Of a stretch of 64,000 nt of DNA, positions 25,800-38,123 are shown one piece after another. Below the pieces are notes generated by a model that made no database searches, was not told the origin of the DNA, and was given only the letters and a program-made list of their open reading frames with translations. Every line of letters begins with the position of its first letter. Position 1 is the first letter of the stretch. The stretch lies in contig NC_052159.1 in the NCBI RefSeq assembly GCF_902713615.1, forward strand, positions 152,022,651 through 152,086,650, given 5' to 3'. This stretch comes from Scyliorhinus canicula. Lineage: Eukaryota. Made by a program: the position numbers and the translations under genes.

Positions 25800-26288
25800 G
25801 GCTGGGATTCTCGCCTACCCGGCGGGGCAGGGGGTCCCAGCCTACCGGAGTGGCGAGAACCACTCCGGCGTCGGGCCTCCCCAAAGTTGCAGATTCTCCG
25901 CACCTTTAGGGGCTAGGCTAGCGCCGGAGTGGCTCCCGCGCCGCCGACTGGTGCCAACGGCCTTTGGCGCCCCGCCGACCGACGTCAGGGCTGGCCAAAA
26001 GGCCTTCGCCCCGCACCCCCCACCCAGGACCCCGGGGCCCGCTCGCGCCGCCTGCTCTCGCCGGCACCAGAGATGGTTTAAACTACGTCGGCGGGAGAGG
26101 CCTGACAGCGGCGGGACTTCGGCCCATCGCGGGCCGGAGAATCGCCGCAGGGGCCCGCCGACCGGAACGCTGTGATTCCTGCCCCCGCCGATTCCCGGGT
26201 GGCGGAGAATTGTGGCCACGGCGGGGGCGGGATTTACGCCGGCCCCGGGCAATTCTCCGACCCTGCGGGGGGTCGGAGAATTTTGCTC
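25800..26288. mobile_element. GC-rich Harbinger-like MITE
   Basis: GGCTGGGATTCTC / GGAGAATTTTGCTC; TSD CAG/CAG; inverted homolog of 53032-53665. Confidence 0.82.
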
Positions 26289-26299
26289 CAGGTCTCCAA

Positions 26300-27715
26300 T
26301 CAAGCACCTTAACTTAGTGTCTTTTCCCTGTACCCCTGTACATTGTTTCTATTCATAGAATCATCTAATGCCCTCTTGAATGCTTTGATTAAATCTGCCT
26401 CCACCACACTTCCAGGCATTCCAGGCCCAAACCACTTGCTGTGTGAAAAGGATTTTTCTCACATCACATTTGCTTCTTAATTCACTTTAAATCTGTGCTC
26501 TCTTGTTCTTGATCCTTTTACACACGGGAACAGCTTCTCCGTATCTACTCTGTCTGGCCCCCTCTTAGCCTTCTTCTCTCCAAGGAGAACAGTCCCTACC
26601 TCTCCAATATATCCTCATAACTGATGTTACTCACACCTGGATTCTGGTAAATCTCGTCTGCGTTCTCTCCAATATGTTCACATTCTTCCCATAGTGTGGT
26701 TCCCAGAACATGCGCAATACTCCAGCTGAGGCTCAACTCGTGTCTTGTATAAGTTCAGCATTAACTTCAAGCTCTTGTATTCAATGCCCCTAATAGTAAA
26801 GCCCAGAATACTGTGGACTGGATTCTCCGCCCCGCTGCGCCACATTTAGGCCCCGACCCGCCAGCGGGATTCTCTGTTATGCCGGCCGGTCAATGGGGTT
26901 TCCCATTGTGGGGCAGCCCCACGCCGTCGGGAAACCCCCGGGCGCCGGCAAAACGGAGAATCCCGCCGGCGCAGAATCCCGCCCAATATGCTTTATTAAC
27001 TGCTCTCTCCACCTGTCCTGCCACCTTTAATGACTTATGCACATATACACCCTCTGCTCCTGCATCGCCTGAAGAATTTTACCTCTTGTTCTTCCGAGCA
27101 AAATGTATCATTTCACATTTTACGCACTGAACTTCATCTGCCGCCATTCTGCCCTCTCCACCAACTTGCCTCGGACTTTTTGAAGTTTGGCACTGTCCTC
27201 ATCACAGTTTGTAATACTTCCAAGCTTTGAATCATCTGCAAACTTTGAAATTGTCCTATGCACGCCAGGATCTAGATTGTCAATATGTATCAATAAAAGC
27301 AAGGATCCCAATACCGACACCTGGGGAACGCCACTGCAAACCTTCCTCCAGCCCGAAAAATATCCATTGACCATTACTTTCAGCTTCCCATCATTCAGGA
27401 AATCTTGTGTCTATCTTGTTACTGACCCTTTTCTTTCAATGAGTTATAACTATTGTCACAAGTCTGTTGTGTGGCACTGTATCGAATTTCTTCTGTCAGT
27501 CCATGTACACCACATCAACAGCATTACCCTCAGTGACCCTTTCTGTTACCTCTTGAAATAGCTGCAAGTTAGTTTAAACACAATTTCCCCTTTAGAAACC
27601 CATGCTATCTGTTCCGAATCAACGCATATTTTTTCAGGTGCCTCGGAATTCTATCCCGAATAACTGTTTTGAAAAGGTTGTCCAGAACTGAGGTTAAACT
27701 AACTGGTCTGGACTG
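26300..27715 (-). mobile_element. CR1 LINE RT fragment
   Basis: SGVPQVSVLGSLL...ISKFADDSKL (ORF 27120-27374). Confidence 0.9.
26815..26984. mobile_element. Short (170 bp) fold-back MITE
   Basis: TIR-like ends plus inner 28-bp inverted arms; cleanly interrupts CR1 sequence. Confidence 0.8.
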
Positions 27716-28033
27716 GGCTCACACGTATATATTTCACAATTTGCAACACAAGGCTATATTATTTATTTATCTATTCGTTCATAGGTGTGGGAATTGCTGG
27801 CTAGACCAGCATTTATTTCCCATCCCGAATTACCTTTGGGAATGTAGGTGAGCTGCCTTCTCGAGTCACTGCAGTCGATGTGGTGTTGGAAGGCCCACGG
27901 TGCTGTTAGGAAGGAAATTCCAGGATTTTGCCCCAATGACAGTTATGGAACATCGATTAAGGATGGAATGAGCCTTGGAGGGGACTTTTCAGGTGGTGCT
28001 GTTCCCATGGAACTCCCAATTTGGGGCCTTCAT

Positions 28034-28314
28034 GGGCGGCACTGTTGCTTCACAGCTCCAGGGAGCCAGGTTCGAATCCCGGCTTGGGTCACTGTCTGTG
28101 TGGAGTCTGCACGTTCTCCCCTTGTCTGCGTGGGTTTCCTCCGGGTGCCCCATTTCCCCCCACAAGTCCCGTGGGACTTGTTAGGAGCATTGGATATTCT
28201 GAATTCTCCCTCTGCATACCCGAACAGGCGCCGGAGTGTGGCGACTGAGGGCTTTTCACAGTAACTTCATTGCAGTGTTAATGTAAACCTACTTGTGATA
28301 ATTAAGATTATTAA
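28034..28314 (+). mobile_element. HE1-like tRNA SINE (TTCACAGTAAC tail)
   Basis: Same type as 22551. Confidence 0.88.
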
Positions 28315-28898
28315 TATTTCTAATGAGCATTATTTTGCCCTGCATATATTTTCTGGCCTTCAGATCTGAAGTTAAAGTTTGCAATGAAACCTGCTTCACT
28401 GAAAGAACCATGGCCTGGACTTTAGAGTCTTCCTCTGGCAGATCTGAAGGTGGTTGGGGGTGGTGGGGAGCACGTCAAATTGAGCTTGGTGTGTTTTTCA
28501 GTGTTTAACAGCTGCAGAATGATACCAACACTTGGATCTTAGAGTCTGAAAAAGTTTATTGGGAGGACTAAGTTGGAAAAATTGAGTACAGATAATCCTC
28601 AGTGTAAAATATAAAACTACCGTTGGCAGAAAAGATGTCTGAATCTTTTTCAGGGTGCAAATTAAATGGAAAAGTAAGAGAAATATCCTTTTACCTTGCT
28701 TAGGGACTTCAGAAATGCGTGGATTACTTTAGTCCTTTGTGAACTATAATTGTCTCAAGCAGTGCCCAAATACAGGTTATGAATTTTGCTTGAAATCATT
28801 CCTGCAGCGAGGTATCCTTTCCTCACGGTCTTATATAATTGAAATAAAATATTAGGGTTTCCGTTCAGTTTCAAACTCACTGTTGGGGTCTGGTCGAA

Positions 28899-29043
28899 CT
28901 GTATGGTGTGTATGGTGTGCGTATGTAAGCGTGTGTGAGTACGTGTGTGTGTGTGTGTGTGTGTATGTATGAGTGCGTGTATGAGCGGTATGTATGTATG
29001 AGTGTGTGTATATGAATGTGTGTACATGTGTGTACCTAGGTGT
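28899..29043. repeat. Degenerate (TG)n/(TGTA)n microsatellite abutting the gap
   Basis: Visible directly in the sequence. Confidence 0.85.
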
Positions 29044-29249
29044 NNNNNNNNNNNNNNNNNNNNNNNNNNNNNNNNNNNNNNNNNNNNNNNNNNNNNNNNN
29101 NNNNNNNNNNNNNNNNNNNNNNNNNNNNNNNNNNNNNNNNNNNNNNNNNNNNNNNNNNNNNNNNNNNNNNNNNNNNNNNNNNNNNNNNNNNNNNNNNNNN
29201 NNNNNNNNNNNNNNNNNNNNNNNNNNNNNNNNNNNNNNNNNNNNNNNNN
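29044..29249. other. Assembly gap (206 N)
   Basis: Run of N. Confidence 1.
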
Positions 29250-29486
29250 AATTTTAAAAAGGATAGATAGTTACACTTGCAGATTCCAAATTACAGTTCT
29301 TGCAGCTAGTTTAAAAATATGTTTTGTTTGAGAATGAATCAATCATTCTGGGTTTATAGAAGGAAGCCTCGCCAAAGTCTTTTTTATTCTGGGTCGAACA
29401 GCAGCGATGGTAAATAATCTGTGCACGCCTTCCATCCCAGTCGTAACATTATTGACAAAATTTGACACCGAGGCATAACGCGAGAT

Positions 29487-29805
29487 AGAACATAGAACAG
29501 AACATAGAACAGTACAGCACAGAACAGGCCCTTCAGCCCTCGATGTTGTGCCGAGCCATGATCACCCTACTCAAACCCACGTATCCACGTTATACCCGTA
29601 ACCCAATAACCCCCCCCTTAACCTTACTTTTTGAGGACACTACGGGCAATTTAGCATGGCCAATCCACCTAACCCGCACATCTTTGGACTGTGTGAGGAA
29701 ACCGGAGCACCCGGAGGAAACCCATGCACACACGGTGAGGACGTGCAGACTCCGCACAGACAGTGACCCAGCCGGGAATCGAACCTGGGACCCTGGAGCT
29801 GTGAA
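29487..29805 (-). mobile_element. HE1-like tRNA SINE with (GTTCTAT)n CR1-type tail
   Basis: AGAACAT repeats and core. Confidence 0.9.
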
Positions 29806-31006
29806 GAGATATTGGGAGAGTTCAAGAGGTAGGCTTTAAGGAACAATGTGAAGGACGAGAATGAGGCAAAGAGGCTTAAGGAGGCATTTCCATAGCTAAG
29901 GGCCTCAGCAGCTGAAGGTGAGGGTGCCACTGGCAGAGTAATAGAAATTGTAAATTTGCAAGAGGATAGAATTGGAGGAACGCAGAAATCTCAAAGGCTT
30001 GCAGGGCTGCAGAAGGTTACAGGGATAGGGAAGGACCAGGCTGCAGAGGGATTTGAACACATGGATGAGAATTTTAAGATGAAGGTCTTATCAGACCAGG
30101 TACACAGAGGTGAATTGGGCACGGTGCAATCTAGGACAAGATTTGAATGAGACTACCGCTGGGCATTACCAAATGTGAAGAACATATTACCAAATCATAA
30201 TATGCTGAAAATAGTATGATTACACAGGAACGTTCTAGAACGTTGCCACACAATGAACAATATGTAGAAACTGCACTTCTCAAGGTGAAGGATGTTTTTA
30301 CTAATTTGCATTGGAATACACCACAAAGTATGGTTGTCAGACCATAAATAAAATCATAGATGAGCCTAGATAGGTTCACATTGCGAAGGAGACAAGACAT
30401 TGCAGGCTCAGCTCTGACAGAATTGTTCAAAACCAGTCACCCAGCAGATTTAATGAAGGACAGCGTACTTTAGTTGTTACAGATGTTTTGTCAGTTTTAC
30501 CATCCAACCAAACGATGTGCACAAAGCCGCTATCTACATCGACATATTCTTCAACAAACGCGGCATGCAATGTTGTGATGTCCCATTTCAGAGTGAATTC
30601 TCATTAGAAGGAAGCACCTTGATTATTGTGGCAGATTTCAGAAACTAATTCACACTCATTAAGACATTTCCGGTAGCTGGCAAATAATAAACACGTTTTT
30701 CAATAAGAGGAAAACTTGCAGATATATTGCGAAGAGAACTTTTACCAACCTTGAGATGTCACAAATGCTTTGCAGCTCATGATTCACTGTCACTGTTGTA
30801 ATGTAGGAAACGTGGAGATTGGAATTATCCAGAGCAATCCCGCACAGACAGTAGTGAAATAAATAGCCAGAAATAGGAATAGCATTTTGGGATCTTTTAC
30901 ATTCACCGGAGAGAGCAGACAAGCCTCAGTTCAACATTTTAAACTTGCTCACCCACTGCATTCCCTCAGTCCCGCATGTATCATCAGCCCAGACTTCTGT
31001 GCTAAA

Positions 31007-31142
31007 GGGCGCGATTTAACTAAATGGGAACAAAGCCACATAGCGAACGCGTTTAGCCACTTGTTTCCCAGCACTCACACGCCGAGAAACACAACGCTAT
31101 TAAACAACACTCTCGTTAGATAGGAGGCCTAGAGGAGGAGGG

Positions 31143-31178
<36 letters not shown>

Positions 31179-31968
31179 GTGCGGCCAAGTCCGCACATAG
31201 CCCCATTTTGTGCAAAGGGCAGCTTCGCTGACTTAAACTCTTCAGTGAAGCGAGAGGTCGGGACGCCATTTTTAGATGGCCTCCCAGATTCTGAAGTCCC
31301 CTAAGTGATGCCCGACCTCCCCCCCCCCCCCCCCCCCGAAGCCCTAATGCACTATGGGAGGATCCCAGTACCTGCCCCTCCTAACACACACATGGTACAC
31401 CCCAACCCAATTACCATCACACAAAAATGGCAGCGTGGCAGTATCAACCTGGCACCCTGGGAGAGTCCCTGTCAGTGCCATCTGTGAACATTGGCAGTGC
31501 TAGGCTGGCATCCAGGCTGCACTGCCAGGGTGCCAGGCTAGTGGTGGCAGGGTGACCAGCAGGGTACCACCCTGCCCAAAATGGTATGCATCTGGGGGCT
31601 TCCAAACCTATGGGAGACCTTCATGAGTGCCATTCTATCTGGTCCCTATTTGTGGAGACAAGTACTGAATAGCACTCGCCCCCAAGGTCCCTGAGGCAAG
31701 AGATCTATCTCTTTCACCTCGGGCACCTCAGGAAATTGCACATTAAAGTGAGACTAACTATCGCGCTTTAATATGCAGATTTGCTAAAAAGTGATCCCAC
31801 CCACAATGCACGGGACTTACATCGCAACGTCTCGCGAAATCGCGTTAGGCTTCACGTGGAGTGTTGCGAGCCAGGCAGATCCCGCAACCGGATCTCCCAG
31901 CTCCTATCAGCCTCACTGCGCCAGGGCGAGCTGCCTTTTGGGTGCAGCATGGTCTTAAAACTGCGCCC
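31007..31968. mobile_element. Longer non-autonomous TIR element (related GGGCGCGATT end)
   Basis: GGGCGCGATTTAAC / TTAAAACTGCGCCC; internal TGCCA/TGGCA-rich repeats; splits a Deu-type SINE. Confidence 0.65.
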
Positions 31969-32928
31969 TATATGTCTGGAGTGGAATTTAAAGTCACAAC
32001 TGCTTGACTCAAAGGCAACACTATTACCGACCGACACAAATGGATTTGATAAATCTACCCATCTCCTTCAGAATGCCAGAAGGCTGTTGAGTTTTCACAC
32101 CTATTATATATTAATTATTGTGCTGAGATAGGTGTTATGACAATAATTACATTACACTGTAATCCTGTGATGATTTTCTCCGCACCTCCTTTATGCACTG
32201 TTTTCGAGCCGAACGTGTGTCCGCCTTGAGCTTTTTGGCAACAGGTGACCCATGCAGCCTGATAAAATTACTCATTCTGAGCCCGTGTTGAGGATAAGTC
32301 CTGTAATAAATTCACTGAGATTGCTAGCTATTTGAATGCTAGAAATCATTGATTGAGTAAATGGCTCAGCTCTGTTTAAATATCCTTAAGCTGTGAAGCA
32401 TTTCTCAACCAATAAAGTCACAAAACAGACAGGTGATGGTGAACATTCCAAGGCCCAATAGCAGGCCAGTAAAGGCAGCCACGTGACCGTAAACTTTCAC
32501 TTTCTTTTAAATCAGAAGGTTACGGCTTCCAGCTCAACTCCATAGGCTGGAGCACATATTTCAGAGTGCGGCACTGTTGGAGATATTGCTTCTCGGATGA
32601 CCCAAAGAGGAAACCCACGCAGACACGGGGAGAAGGTGCAAACTCCGCACAGACAGTGACCCAAGCCGGGAATCGAACCGAGGACCCTGGAGCGGCGAAG
32701 CAACTGTGCTAACCACTGTGCTACCGTGCCGCCCATATTATGTTGCCTGGGTTGGCGCGTTTCAGTTCGGAAGAGAGGCTGGTTAGGCTGGGATGAAGCA
32801 GAGAAGGCGGGGAGTGGCCTGCTCACAAAACCATGTGAGACATGCACAGTGTAGATAGGAAGAAACATTTCCCCTTCCTGGAGGGTTAATAATCAGGGAA
32901 CAGAGATCGAAGGTAAGGGCAGGAGATT

Positions 32929-33233
32929 TAATAACCTTTGTTAGTGTCACAAGTAGGTTTACATTAATGCCGCAATGAAGTTACTGTGAAAAGCCCCTAG
33001 TCGCCATGTTCCGGCGGCTGTTCGGGTACACAGAGGGAGAATTGAAAATGTCCAATTCACCTAGCAAGCACGTCTTTCAGGACTTGTGGGAGGAAACCGG
33101 AGCACCCGGAGGAAACCCACGCAGACACGGGGAGAACGTGCAGACTCCTCGCAGATCGTGACCCAACTGGGAATCGAACCCGGGAGCCTGGCACTGTGAA
33201 GTAACAGTGCTAACCACTGTGCTACCATGCTGC
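32929..33233 (-). mobile_element. HE1-like tRNA SINE (TTCACAGTAAC tail) inside a CR1 3' fragment
   Basis: Same type as 22551; a head-only copy lies at 32606-32734. Confidence 0.88.
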
Positions 33234-33921
33234 TTGGGAATTTGAGAAAAAACTATTTCACCCAGAGGTTGGTGGGAATCTGGAACTCACTGCCTAAAAG
33301 GGTGGTAGAGGCGGAAACCCTCAATGTTTCAGAAATATTTGGGTGAGCACTTGAAACCCATTGTGTACAAGGCTACAGGCCAAGTACTGGAAACTGGAAT
33401 GAGGAGAAATAGGTGCTTGCTGGTTAGCAAGACCTGATGGGACGAAGGGTCTCTTGTGGGTTGTAAAATTCTGTCACTCTATGGATGAATTTTCACTGAT
33501 TCTGACTGAAAACCGGCATGTTTCTCCCCAGAAACACAGCCAAGTTTTCACACCTTCCGGCACTGTCAACAAAAAAAATCGAGGAGGCGGGGGGAATGTT
33601 TTGTGCCATCACTCTGGGAGGGCAGTGTAGCGAAGTGCAGTTAAAAGTCCCCCCACCCCCCACTAGTCATCAGGCCGACAACTTACCGCCCCCCACCACT
33701 CAATCATTGGGTCAATCCCCCCCATACCAGGCAGGCATCAGGGTGACATGACTTCCCCCCCACCACACCCCCGAATCTTTGCCGGCATTGGGGAAACCCC
33801 CATTCTCAAGTGAATTCTCCCTCACCCCCATGCAGGCACAACCACCCCTCACATCCAGCATCGTCACCCCGCCCTCCTCACATAATGGGAACCCCACCCC
33901 AATGGCGTGCTCTCAAAGTTT

Positions 33922-34386
33922 TGTTATGCTCTTGACGTAGCATAAGCTGCTTCCTTGATGTGCACTCTGACAAAGGAAGGTTCAGACTTGGAGATAGCTT
34001 TAACATATTTATCAAACTGTTAACGATTCTCCTACTTGGATTAGACTCCCCTGTTCATCCTGCTATAGCTACTCAGACTGACGAACCAGTCTGCTACAAT
34101 CCAGGTGGTGGGTATGATGAGTTTCAAATCAACCCTGCGTACACATTGAGTGTCTCCACTGGAAAGAGGAAGATCATGCGTGCTGTGTCCTTTTATATGG
34201 GTTGGTGTAATGCCCAGCTGTGGTAGTGTCACCTCTGTGTGTATCGTGAATGCCGTTTGGTCGTGTCCTATCTTCCTGGCCTATTGGTTGAATGTCTGTG
34301 TGTCATGTCTCTGGTGCTCCCTCTAGTGTCTAGCTAGTCTATGTATATTTACCCCTTGTGTATTTACAGTGATACACATCACCACA
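33922..34386 (-). mobile_element. Probable solo LTR
   Basis: TGTTATG...CACCACA; layout like the other solo LTRs; TSD not evident. Confidence 0.6.
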
Positions 34387-35943
34387 CTCAAGGCCCTATC
34401 TCTGGCCTTGCCTCCTGGCACTGTCCAGCCCCCGTCCCCAGTCACTGCCTCCTGGGCCAGGGCCCTGCCCCAGCCATGTCTCTCACCACCCATGGTCGAT
34501 ACTCACCTCCGCTTCCCCCGACTTGGTCATCACGTTTTGGAAACCAGTAATGATTACTGCCGACTGGGGAAGGCGGGCTGAGGTGTTGTGGGGGGTGGTG
34601 GGGTAATGGGACGCCTCTGACATTGCCCGAAGGTACTGCATTAGACTGTTTAATTACATTTAAATGAATTCTAATTCATTGAAATCAGCTTAACACCCTT
34701 CGTGGGCGGGAACCTGATCGCATCATCACGGGGGACCCGGGAACATGGCGCTCGGAAATCCCTCCAGCCCAAATCCCATCATGGCCGTCTCGTGAGAGTC
34801 ATAATGGGATTCGAGCCGGCAACGAACGGGCCCTGCGATTCGTGCCCTGTGACTGTATTCATCTAACTTGCAGGTATGTCGATGAGGCAAAGTGTTGCCA
34901 CGGTGACACCGTTGACATTCAGGGCTTCAAATTGAAAGGGTTCAGGAAGAGAATGAAAATTCAGAGAGAGAAAATTGAAAGACTCAATCATAATTACTGA
35001 GGATTCTATTTCTGCTTAAAGAAAGGAATATGATTATTTTGAGATCTTTGCAGTCAAAAACTCCCGACAGAGTTGAAGCAAGGTGTTAGTTTGGCACGCA
35101 GGTTGCAAAAAAGTGCTGGCTGACAAAATTACACATTGGCACTGATGCACAAGGACTGCAGTCTGTTGGATTAATTGACTAAAAAAATGAGATTCTTGAA
35201 AACAAGTAGTAGGTGTAAAGATTCTGGCAACAGTCCCAATCTTTTATCTCATTTACATAGAGTAGGTACTCTCAGAGGGGGTCTTACATCTTATCTTGCT
35301 GTGTGATTGATATTCACGTCGGCTTACTGATGTGGTCATTAATAAGTCAGAAAAAAACTGCTGTATGAGGAGTGGCCCATGTTATCCCAATTGTTACGTG
35401 CTTAAAAACAGAAACAGAGGGTTGACTGAATTTGAATTTAAGGGAGCTTGGGTGGAATTTAGTTTGTACAATGAGCGGGAGAACCTCTTCAGGAGTCACA
35501 ATGCTATTTAAGCACAATCAGGCACCTTCCTGGACAGCACAGGGAACCCACTCGATCAAGGCCCCAGTCTAGGGTGAGGCAGTGCTTTTGTTGCTGGGTG
35601 ATTAATCTTGAGACCCCCAGGTCAATGCTCCGGGGACCTGGGTTCAAATCCCACCATGGCAGATGGAGACATTTTAATTAATTTTTAAAATCTGGAATCA
35701 ACCATGAAACCGTTATCAATTGTCATAAAAACCCATCTAGTTCACTGATACTCTTTAGGGAAGGAAATTTGCCATCCTCAAGGCCTACTGGTGACTCCAG
35801 ATCCACAATAATGTGGTTGACTCTTAAATGTTTTCAGGGACGGGCAAGAAATGCTGGCCGGCCTAGCCACTGATGTCGACATCCCATGAATGAGTAATGA
35901 TAAAGTCAGGCAAATCTGGGCGTGATCCAGTTCAGAATATTTA

Positions 35944-36310
35944 TAGAATCATAGAATTTACATTGCTGAAGGAGACCATTTGGCCCATCAAGTCTGCACC
36001 GGCCTTTGGAAAGGGCACCATTATTAAGCCCACAGCTCCACCCTATCCCCATTAAGCCCACAGATCCATCCTATCCCCATAAGCCAATCACCCCACCCAC
36101 CTTTTTTGGACAATAAGGACAATTTAGCATGGCCAATCCACCTAACCTGCCCATCTTTGGACTGTGGGAGGAAACCGGAGCACCCGGAGGAAACCCACGC
36201 AGACACGGGGAGAACGTGCAGACTCAGCACAGTCACCCAAGCCGGGGACCGAACCTCGCACCCTGAAGCTGTGAAGCAACTGTGCTAACCACTATGCTAC
36301 CGTGCTGCCC
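35944..36310 (-). mobile_element. HE1-like tRNA SINE with CR1-type tail
   Basis: Head, core and tail, with a short internal tandem duplication at about 36023-36085. Confidence 0.88.
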
Positions 36311-37826
36311 CCGTACGGCTCATTTAAATATACATACCCCAAATTCACCTGGCACCCAGGACTCATTAGTTGCACCTGGAAGTCCTCACCAGAGCACTGT
36401 TTGGTTCTGGTTCAAACAAACCTAGACGAGATGTAACAGCACCTCATGCCATTCAAGACCTTGGATGCCCAGGGACAGGGCAGGGTGGCACCTTGGCACC
36501 CCCACTGGCATATGGACACCCTGGCAGTGCCACGGGGGCATCTTGGCAGTGCGACCATGGAGCAGCGAGGGTGCCCTTGTGCCTGACTGAGGGACCCAGC
36601 TCCAGGAAGGGGAAGCCACCATTACACCGACCTCTCTCACTGGCGATGCTCTCTCCCTGCAACCCCCATCCCACCCCACATACCCCTGTCCAGGGATCCA
36701 GAGACTATCCCTGATGAAGACTACCCTGTAACACCGTCAGCAGCTTGCGATGACAGGAGTTTTGCCTGACTTTATAGTTCCTCAGTGATGGGATGCAGAC
36801 GTCACTGGACAGGCCAGCCAGTGGTCAGCACATATTGAGCTGGATTCTCCCTCCCCGCCTGCCCCAAGAACAGTATGGGTGAGACGCGGACAATGGAGAA
36901 GTCCATTGACCCTGGGCGAGATTCTCCAATCACCGGGCGGCGTGGCCGGAGAATTCTGCCCATTGCCCGTCCCTGAAAACAATAAAGAAAAATGCTAAAG
37001 TCAGGTGATAGGTGCAAAACGTCAACAAAAAATGGTCTCTTTTTTCAGCAAAACTCAAGTTCTGAACGACAAATCGACTATTATTCCTGTATTAGTTCCT
37101 CTTTTAATGCTGCAATATTTTCTGAAAATGATATAAAATGAAATTATTTGAGCCTCATCGTTTAAACACCGGAATTCTAATCATCGACCCGCAAACATTC
37201 CATTAACTTTCAATTGTTTCGATAGCACATATCAAATTCCAGTTTATAATTTAGAGTTCTGTATCAGTGTGAACAATCATTTGTTACTTACTCTGGTTCA
37301 GCATCTAACAAGGACATACAAAACAAGGTTGACAACTTTACTTGTACTTGTGGTGTCTCAAGGGAACGATAATGCATTTGTAACACGGGCTATCAGTGTA
37401 ACAATGTAACTATTTTTAGACTTTATCATCCATTGTCTGGGAATGAGTGTTATAAAATAAGTGCCTATTTGTCTTGTCAAACATGTATTTCTAACATAAG
37501 GCAAGGGGGAAACAGGTGTCATTTTGTCAGGCATCTTAGCTTGGTGCTCCAGCTTCGCAGCACAATAGACAATTTGGGAGCAAATTGCAACTATGCCAAC
37601 TTTGAGAAGTGCATTTTTCCCCCACAATTTTCACTTAAACCTATTTGCTTATTGTCAAATGCAAAATGTGCCTTGACGCAGCGCAACCAGGCAACATTTT
37701 AGAATGTAATTATTTTTCTAAAAATATTTTCTTCAAACATTTGATGTACTGAAGAGTGGTAGCTTGCTGTACTTAAGAACTAGGATCGGGGCTCGGCCAT
37801 CTGGCCCCTCGACCCTGCTGCTCCAT

Positions 37827-38123
37827 GGGGCAGGATTCTCCGTGGAAAAGAACCCCCCCCCCCCCGCACATGCACAGGAAACACGCCAGCGGTTCTGCGC
37901 ATGCGCCAGAACATGCTGGCGGTCCTGTGCATGCGCCAACTCATGCCGGCCGGCAGAGGCCCTTTGGTGGCGGTTGGCATGGCGCCAACCCCTGCAGTGC
38001 CGGCCTAGCCCCCGGAAGTGCGGAGGATTCCGCAACTTCCGGGCGGCCCGACGCCGAAGTGGTTCACGCCGCTCTTTGTCGCCGGTACGGGCCGCCCCAC
38101 CAATTGCGGGAGAATCCCGGCCC
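37827..38123. mobile_element. GC-rich MITE, deletion derivative of the 876-type family
   Basis: Both TIRs present; body is the reverse complement of about 876-1140. Confidence 0.8.

Noticed and set aside
28994-29331. ORFs spanning X residues
   Set aside because: Artefacts of the N gap.
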